Source of the DNA: Gammaproteobacteria bacterium | Lineage (GTDB): Bacteria; Pseudomonadota; Gammaproteobacteria; SZUA-229 | Direction: 5' to 3' | DNA: 64,000 bases | Assembly (NCBI GenBank): GCA_029287435.1 | Contig: JARFRD010000063.1 | Span: 5,431 to 69,430, forward strand | Shown here: piece after piece, positions 58,467 to 64,000 of the stretch | Position numbering within the stretch: position 1 is the first letter of the stretch | Layout: each line of letters begins with the position of its first letter | The notes under the pieces: model-generated | The model's input: only the letters and a program-made list of their open reading frames with translations | What the model was told of the DNA's origin: nothing | Databases searched by the model: none | Program-made: the position numbers and the translations under genes

Positions 58467-59144
58467 TTACCTGATTAATTTAAGTACCTCCCTGGCGGCC
58501 AGTTCTGATGATGCAGGATTCTGTCCGGTCACCAGGTTGCCGTCAGTAATAGCATACGGGTGCCAATCGTCGGCCCTGGAGTAGTTGGCCCCTTTTGCTT
58601 TTAACTCATCTTCCAGTAGAAAAGGCACAACCTCAGTAAGCTGCACAGCATCTTCCTCGGTATTACTAAAACCGGTTACTGATTTTCCTCTGACTAAGGG
58701 ACTGCCATCGGAATTTTTTACATTTTTAAGTATGGCAGGTGCGTGACAAACTGCAGCCACCGGTTTGCCTGCAGCATACATCGATTCAATCAAATTGATG
58801 GAACTACTATTTTCCGCCAGATCCCAAAGTGGGCCATGTCCACCGGGATAAAACACCGCATCAAAATCATCCGATGAAATATCTGACAGCTTCAAGGTAT
58901 TTGCCAACGCCTGCTGAGCCTCAGCGTCATTTTTGAAACGTCGTGTTGCATCTGTCTGGAAATCTGGCTCATCACTCTTTGGATCCAGCGGTGGCTGGCC
59001 GCCGGCAGGCGACGCGAGTGTGATTTCTGCATTGGCGTCCTTGAATACGTAGTAGGGGCTAGCGAACTCCTCAAGCCAGAAGCCAGTTTTATTTCCTGTC
59101 TCCCCGAGTTGGTCATGAGAGGTGAGTATCATAAGAATTTTCAT
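58467..59144 (-). CDS. DJ-1/PfpI (class I glutamine amidotransferase-like) family protein, Hsp31/glyoxalase-III-like
   Basis: 225 aa beginning MKILMILTSHDQLGETGNKTGFWLEEFASPYYVF, with a nucleophile-elbow Cys region (VAAVCHAPAIL). Confidence 0.8.
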   Translation of the reverse strand: MKILMILTSHDQLGETGNKTGFWLEEFASPYYVFKDANAEITLASPAGGQPPLDPKSDEPDFQTDATRRFKNDAEAQQALANTLKLSDISSDDFDAVFYPGGHGPLWDLAENSSSINLIESMYAAGKPVAAVCHAPAILKNVKNSDGSPLVRGKSVTGFSNTEEDAVQLTEVVPFLLEDELKAKGANYSRADDWHPYAITDGNLVTGQNPASSELAAREVLKLIR

Positions 59145-59412
59145 GCTGGTTCTCCTTGTCGATTGGCGGGCATGTTTAGTTGCATAAATTTACGGACTGA
59201 TAGCACAGAATCTGAAATTGGTCTTTTTTGTAAAAAATATCTGTACTGAATATACATGAAACATTAATTATCACTTCATATACCCACGCAGACTGCAGGG
59301 ATTGATCGAATGAGTCCGGATTTCAGTAAGATTATCCCATAGAATAAAAGGATTCAGTTTGTCTGTGATTTGCTATGCTTTTCAACCTTAATTCAATATT
59401 CATGCGATCATC

Positions 59413-59880
59413 ATGCTAGAAAAGAGCCAGACGGCGCCGGCGTTTAGCGCGCCCAACCAGAATAATGAAATCATCAACCTGTCAGACTACCACGGCAGTA
59501 ACAACGTCGTGTTGTATTTTTATCCGAAGGACGACACCCCGGGCTGTACTATTGAGGCGAACCAGTTCACCGCGCTTGCCCGTGAGTTTGCTGATACTGA
59601 TACGGTGGTGCTGGGAGTGAGCAGGGATTCATGTGCCAGCCACCAGGCCTTTATTGACAAATACGGGCTGCAGGTTGAATTGCTCGCTGACACCTCGGGT
59701 GAATTATGCAATGCCTATGGGGTATGGCAGGAAAAGGAAAGAAACGGAGTTAAGAAAATGGGTATCGTTCGTTCCACCTTTGTGATTAACAAGGACGGGG
59801 AGCTGGTCGATGCAATCTACGGCATCACTGAAGCGGACGGCCATGCGCAGCAGATACTGGATAAGGTTCGTCAACTTTGA
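59413..59880 (+). CDS. bcp: thioredoxin-dependent thiol peroxidase (peroxiredoxin Q / Bcp)
   Basis: 155 aa with APAFSAPNQNNEIINLSDYHGSNNVVLYFYPKDDTPGCTIEANQF, the PrxQ peroxidatic Cys motif. Confidence 0.9.
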   Translation: MLEKSQTAPAFSAPNQNNEIINLSDYHGSNNVVLYFYPKDDTPGCTIEANQFTALAREFADTDTVVLGVSRDSCASHQAFIDKYGLQVELLADTSGELCNAYGVWQEKERNGVKKMGIVRSTFVINKDGELVDAIYGITEADGHAQQILDKVRQL

Positions 59881-60058
59881 CCGAAGAAGAGTCATAATAG
59901 ACAAAAGCCATTTCTTTACAGCGCCTTATCTTTTTACTTGCCAGCAAGACCCTGATTGCCTGTCATATCAATAATTGGCTAGCGGCAACAATTGTTTATA
60001 ATATCAGAGAAAACTGAACGCTAATCCATGCTTCCTGCTTCCCTGCTGAGTACTTTCA

Positions 60059-60880
60059 ATGCCTGCCTACTTGCTTGTTGATAATGGTTCAAAAAAACCC
60101 GAGGCAACCTTGCGACTGCGTGAACTGGCAGCATCACTGGGTCATCATACGGGTAAAAAAATCCATGCTGTATCGCTGCAGCATGCAGATGCAATCGACC
60201 CGGCACAGCTGGGTGGCGAGCCAGCAAATATTTTCAGCAACTTTGTTAGAGCACAGCTCGAGCAGGGTCAAAATGCATTTCTGGTCATCCCACTATTTTT
60301 TGGCCTGAGCCGGGCGCTGACGTCGTTTATCCCGCAACAGGTCGAAAAACTGCAAGCAGAGTTTGGTCAATTGCATGTCAGAGTAGCGGACGTGATTTAT
60401 CCGTTGCCTGACGGAGATGAACGTCTTGCACAGATCATGTTTGATCACATTCATGCTGCACAGTCCTCTTTTGCAGTTGATGCGAAAGTGGTGTTGGTAG
60501 ACCATGGTTCACCAAGCCCGAAGATCACTGAAGTGAGGAACCGTGTTGCCCAAAGTCTTCGCAACATGCCAGGAAAAACATACCAACTGGCTGAAGCAGT
60601 GATGGAGCGGCGTGAAGGTAAAGAGTATGATTTTAATGGTGACTTGCTGGAGTGCTGGTTGAGCCAACAGGCACAAAAAGGGGTAGATTCTGTCATTGTC
60701 GCGATGATGTTTTTTTTGCCCGGGCGCCATGCTGGCAGTTGTGGCGATATCGAAACGATTTGTGAAAATGTTGTAAAGCATCATCCTCATCTACAGTACA
60801 GGATAACGCCGCTCATCGGTGAACACCCACTACTGCTTGAGATCCTCAGTGATCGATTGCGATCTATTGAAGAAAAATAA
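60059..60880 (+). CDS. cbiX: two-domain CbiX/SirB-type sirohydrochlorin chelatase
   Basis: 273 aa beginning AYLLVDNGSK, with a second-half VVLVDHGSPSPK (the conserved LVxHGS motifs of both halves). Confidence 0.75.
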   Translation: MPAYLLVDNGSKKPEATLRLRELAASLGHHTGKKIHAVSLQHADAIDPAQLGGEPANIFSNFVRAQLEQGQNAFLVIPLFFGLSRALTSFIPQQVEKLQAEFGQLHVRVADVIYPLPDGDERLAQIMFDHIHAAQSSFAVDAKVVLVDHGSPSPKITEVRNRVAQSLRNMPGKTYQLAEAVMERREGKEYDFNGDLLECWLSQQAQKGVDSVIVAMMFFLPGRHAGSCGDIETICENVVKHHPHLQYRITPLIGEHPLLLEILSDRLRSIEEK

Positions 60881-61324
60881 AAACCGACGAAGGGATCAAA
60901 TCTTAATCACTGTACAACAGATCGATCAAGGACGGAATATTTGAGCTTCTTTGGTCAGTGGTTATTTATAAAATCAGATCCATGCTTTCGGTATTGATTT
61001 AACACTTATGCATGGTTAGCAGAAAAGCAGCCCGGACAGCATAAAAAAGACCAGGCACGGGTGCAGGGCTTTACTGGCTCACTACGGTGCTCTATAACTT
61101 TAAGCCTGATACAATTTTGCCGTGGAGACTATCAAAGGTTGCAGCTGCAGGTGAATTACCAGGCATCAAGAGCTTTCCTTCTGCACATTCAGTCTTTATC
61201 CTGTCTGGTTCATCCTTCGTTCAGGTTAACTTTAATAATATTAAAGCTGTAATAGTACGAATTAATACTGCAAATTACATATTCCATTAAATATTTCCGG
61301 ATTCCATGTCCAGGGAGTTTTATC

Positions 61325-61933
61325 ATGAAAAAATTATCACAATTAATAGTGACAGTAGCATGTGTCGGTTTGCTTGGAGGTGTCTCAATGATCAACCAGG
61401 GCAAGGCCCATGCTTCAGGCAAGCAAGAATATAAAGGAAATCAATTTCATGGCCCTGGAAAATACCGCGGACGTGGTGCACACAGGGCACCCTATGTCAT
61501 TCATCGTGGCCCCACCATTGTCATACCAGAAAGGCGCGTGCGCCGTTATCACAATACCTACATATACCGCCCGCATGGTCGCTGGTATCCTGGTTATGGC
61601 CGCTATTATAGAGATGATGATGCTTATGCATGGCTCGCCTTTACCGCGATTACACTTAAGGTTCTCGACAATCTCAATGAAGATCAGCAGCGCAAACATG
61701 AGGAGGCACAGATCAGAGCAACGATGGCGCCCATAGGTGAAACGATTGTATGGAATGAGGGCGGTGCCAGCGGCTCTGTAACCCCAACACGAGATGGAAC
61801 GAGCACCACAGGCCGTTATTGCCGTGAGTTCCAGCACGAAGTCACTGTAGCTAACAGGAGGGAACAGGCTTATGGTGTTGCCTGTCGGCAGCCAGACGGC
61901 AGCTGGGAGATTGTGACAACGGGTACACCTTAA
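61325..61933 (+). CDS. secreted protein with a C-terminal RT0821/Lpp0805-type 'surface antigen' domain; basic Arg/Tyr-rich N-terminal half
   Basis: 202 aa with a signal peptide. The C-terminus GRYCREFQHEVTVANRREQAYGVACRQPDGSWEIV shows the conserved two-Cys pattern of that family. Confidence 0.45.
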   Translation: MKKLSQLIVTVACVGLLGGVSMINQGKAHASGKQEYKGNQFHGPGKYRGRGAHRAPYVIHRGPTIVIPERRVRRYHNTYIYRPHGRWYPGYGRYYRDDDAYAWLAFTAITLKVLDNLNEDQQRKHEEAQIRATMAPIGETIVWNEGGASGSVTPTRDGTSTTGRYCREFQHEVTVANRREQAYGVACRQPDGSWEIVTTGTP

Positions 61934-61972
61934 ATTTTGACCTGCGGATTATCATGACCCAGGGAGGTACCG

Positions 61973-63163
61973 GTGACTCGTCGTAACAAGTTCATTTTGA
62001 TGGGCGTGTTCTCGCTGCTGATACTGAGTATGGTTGTTCTGCCATTCATTCGCGAAGACACCACTGCGCTACCCGAGCGCAACCTGGGTAAGGTTACACT
62101 TGGCAGCCTGAAGTCCGAAGTATCAGCGACCGGTTCTCTGAGCCCGGTTATAACTGTACAGGTAGGAAGCCAGGTCTCTGGCACTATTAAGCATTTGTAT
62201 GCGGATTTTAATAGTGTGGTGAAAAAAGGCGAGATTATTGCGCAGATTGATTCAGCTATTTTCGAAGCTAAACTGGCCGAGGCCGAGGCCGATTTGCACA
62301 GCAGTGAAGCGGCCCGTGACAAGGCAGAGGTGCTGGTTAAGAAGAGCAGGAATGCATTTGACCGTACCTCCGGCCTGTTTAACAAGAAGCTTGTTTCTGA
62401 CAGTGAGCTTGATGAAGCTCGTTATTCTCACCAGGAGGCGATCGCTGAGCACCGGGTCAGGGAAGCTGCCGTGCTTCAGGCTGAGGCGGTGCGGCAGCGC
62501 GAGCAGGTCAATCTTGCCTATTGCTCTATCTATGCGCCGATTGATGGCGTCGTCATCTCACGCGATGTGGATGTAGGGCAGACTGTTGCTGCCAGCCTGC
62601 AGGCGCCGACACTATTTACTATTGCCAGGGACCTGGCGCAGATGCAGATAGAAACAGACGTTGATGAGGCATTCATCGGTATGATCGAAGAACAGCAACC
62701 GGTCAGCTTTACCGTGTTTGCCTATCCGGACAGGAAGTTCCAGGGCCGAGTTTCGCAGGTTCGCCTGCAGCCGAAAGTCGAAGCAGGTGTCGTTAAATAT
62801 AACTGTATTATCGAGGTAGATAATACAGACCTGGCATTGAAGCCCGGGATGACCGCGACAGTGGCCATTGAGGTGGCGCACAAGGAGAAGGTATTCAAGG
62901 TGCCTAATGCGGCTTTGCGTTTTGTTCCCGAATGGCCAGCCGAGCGACTGAAAAAAATCCGCAGCAAACTTGAAGACGATGAAGTTTTTCTGTGGCTGCC
63001 TGATGGTGAAGATATCACAACAATAACAGTCAGCACGGGTATTGTTGGTGAACGGGAAACGGAAGTTAGTGGAGCAGGACTGCAGGAAGGTATGACGATT
63101 TTACTGCCACCGCGGCAGACAGAGTCTAAAAAACGTCGGCGCTTCGGTCTCAGCCTGTTTTAA
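61973..63163 (+). CDS. efflux transporter periplasmic adaptor (HlyD/MacA-like membrane fusion protein)
   Basis: 396 aa with an N-terminal TM segment, a lipoyl-like domain, a long coiled coil (AEAEADLHSSEAARDKAEVL...) and a beta-barrel. Confidence 0.8.
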   Translation: MTRRNKFILMGVFSLLILSMVVLPFIREDTTALPERNLGKVTLGSLKSEVSATGSLSPVITVQVGSQVSGTIKHLYADFNSVVKKGEIIAQIDSAIFEAKLAEAEADLHSSEAARDKAEVLVKKSRNAFDRTSGLFNKKLVSDSELDEARYSHQEAIAEHRVREAAVLQAEAVRQREQVNLAYCSIYAPIDGVVISRDVDVGQTVAASLQAPTLFTIARDLAQMQIETDVDEAFIGMIEEQQPVSFTVFAYPDRKFQGRVSQVRLQPKVEAGVVKYNCIIEVDNTDLALKPGMTATVAIEVAHKEKVFKVPNAALRFVPEWPAERLKKIRSKLEDDEVFLWLPDGEDITTITVSTGIVGERETEVSGAGLQEGMTILLPPRQTESKKRRRFGLSLF

Positions 63164-63165
63164 AT

Positions 63166-63849
63166 TTGATGAACAGCCCTATTATCGATATACAGGGACT
63201 GCACAAATACTATGCAATGGATGGTATCCAGGTACATGCCCTGCGCGGCATTGACCTTGTAGTCAACGAGGAAGATTTTCTAGCCATCATGGGGCCTTCC
63301 GGTTCTGGTAAATCTACGCTGATGAATATTCTTGGCTGCCTGGATATCCCTGATGAAGGAAGTTACCGCTTGAACGGTAATGACATCACGCAAATGGACA
63401 GCGATGCGCTGGCAATGATACGCAACCGTGAGATTGGATTTGTGTTTCAGAGTTTCAACCTTTTATCACGTACCAGCGCCATTGAAAATGTTGAAACACC
63501 GTTGATCTACGCGGGCGTTAACAGAAAGGAAAGACAGCAACGTGCGGCCGAAATTTTGCAGCGTATGGGTCTCGGTGATCGTCTGCATCATCTGCCCAAC
63601 CAGCTATCTGGTGGTCAGCAGCAGAGGGTTGCTATTGCACGCGCGTTAATCACCTCACCGACTCTATTACTTGCCGATGAACCCACCGGTAACATGGATA
63701 CTGCAACCAGCCAGGAAATTATAAATATTCTCTGCCAGCTCAACGAGGAGCAGGGACTGACAATTTTACTGATTACCCATGAAGCTGAAATCGCCGCGCG
63801 GGCACAACGAAGTCTTATCCTGCGTGATGGTAAACTGGAGGAACAATGA
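63166..63849 (+). CDS. ABC transporter ATP-binding protein (MacB/LolD-type ATPase)
   Basis: 227 aa with Walker A (GPSGSGKST), the signature LSGGQQQRVAIARAL, Walker B (LLLADEPTGNMD) and the H-loop. Confidence 0.9.
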   Translation: MMNSPIIDIQGLHKYYAMDGIQVHALRGIDLVVNEEDFLAIMGPSGSGKSTLMNILGCLDIPDEGSYRLNGNDITQMDSDALAMIRNREIGFVFQSFNLLSRTSAIENVETPLIYAGVNRKERQQRAAEILQRMGLGDRLHHLPNQLSGGQQQRVAIARALITSPTLLLADEPTGNMDTATSQEIINILCQLNEEQGLTILLITHEAEIAARAQRSLILRDGKLEEQ

Positions 63850-64000
63850 GCTGGCTATCAGCTATCCAGCTGGCGTTGAATGCCCTGTGGCGCTCCCGTA
63901 CCCGGGCCAGCCTGACCACGCTCGGTGTTGTCATTGGCGTCGCCTCAGTCATAGCGATGGTATCTGTCGGTGCCGGTGCCCAGCAGCGTATTGCCGCACA
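63846..64000 (+). CDS. ABC transporter permease (MacB/FtsX-like), N-terminal fragment continuing beyond the window
   Basis: Begins MSWLSAIQLALNALWRSRTRASLTTLGVVIGVASVIAMVSVGAGAQQRIAA, the conserved FtsX-family N-terminal TM. Its ATGA start overlaps the ATPase stop. Confidence 0.7.
   Translation, partial: MSWLSAIQLALNALWRSRTRASLTTLGVVIGVASVIAMVSVGAGAQQRIAA

Noticed and set aside
1-64000. Mobile elements, prophage, integron or tRNA-associated island
   Set aside because: No transposase, integrase, recombinase, phage structural or tRNA-like sequences were recognisable in any frame. The short direct repeats found are intergenic operator-like motifs, not terminal inverted repeats flanking a cassette.

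Overview
This 64-kb window looks like chromosomal DNA from a gammaproteobacterium-like sulfur-oxidising organism with roughly 45-50% GC. It has no rRNA, tRNA, CRISPR array, transposase or integrase that I can see. It opens with a tightly overlapping glycogen operon (malQ 3' end, then glgB, glgA and glgP) facing a convergent pyruvate phosphate dikinase gene. Next comes a likely catabolic cluster encoding an ornithine-cyclodeaminase-family enzyme and a three-subunit HcnABC/opine-oxidase-like flavoprotein dehydrogenase, then a SAM methyltransferase and a cspA-family gene. After that there are a TetR-regulated RND efflux operon, an NfeD-stomatin pair, a GGDEF-EAL protein and arfB. The most unusual region is a signalling-rich accessory stretch. 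It contains a putative operon encoding an outer-membrane beta-barrel protein, a cupredoxin-like periplasmic protein (overlapping the cyclase gene) and a HAMP-containing class III sensor adenylate/guanylate cyclase. Two stand-alone cNMP-binding-domain protein genes lie immediately downstream. The remainder carries an amidohydrolase, a GlcG-like protein, phoU, a DASS/TrkA-C transporter, a second glgP paralog, an HxlR-family regulator with recurring palindromic operator-like sites, an ICMT-family methyltransferase and flavocytochrome c sulfide dehydrogenase (fccAB). It also has an OmpR/HK two-component system with upstream direct repeats, an M16 peptidase neighbourhood of hypotheticals, a PstS-like binding protein coupled to a GGDEF sensor, and a (GGGGAAA)5 G-quadruplex-type repeat ahead of a 7TM-DISM adenylate cyclase. 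The window ends with a thiol/redox-stress cluster (DsrE-like, ECF sigma with ZAS anti-sigma, DJ-1/PfpI, Bcp, CbiX) and the start of a MacAB-like ABC efflux system. All calls rest on reading the translated ORFs and the DNA by eye; no searches were run.
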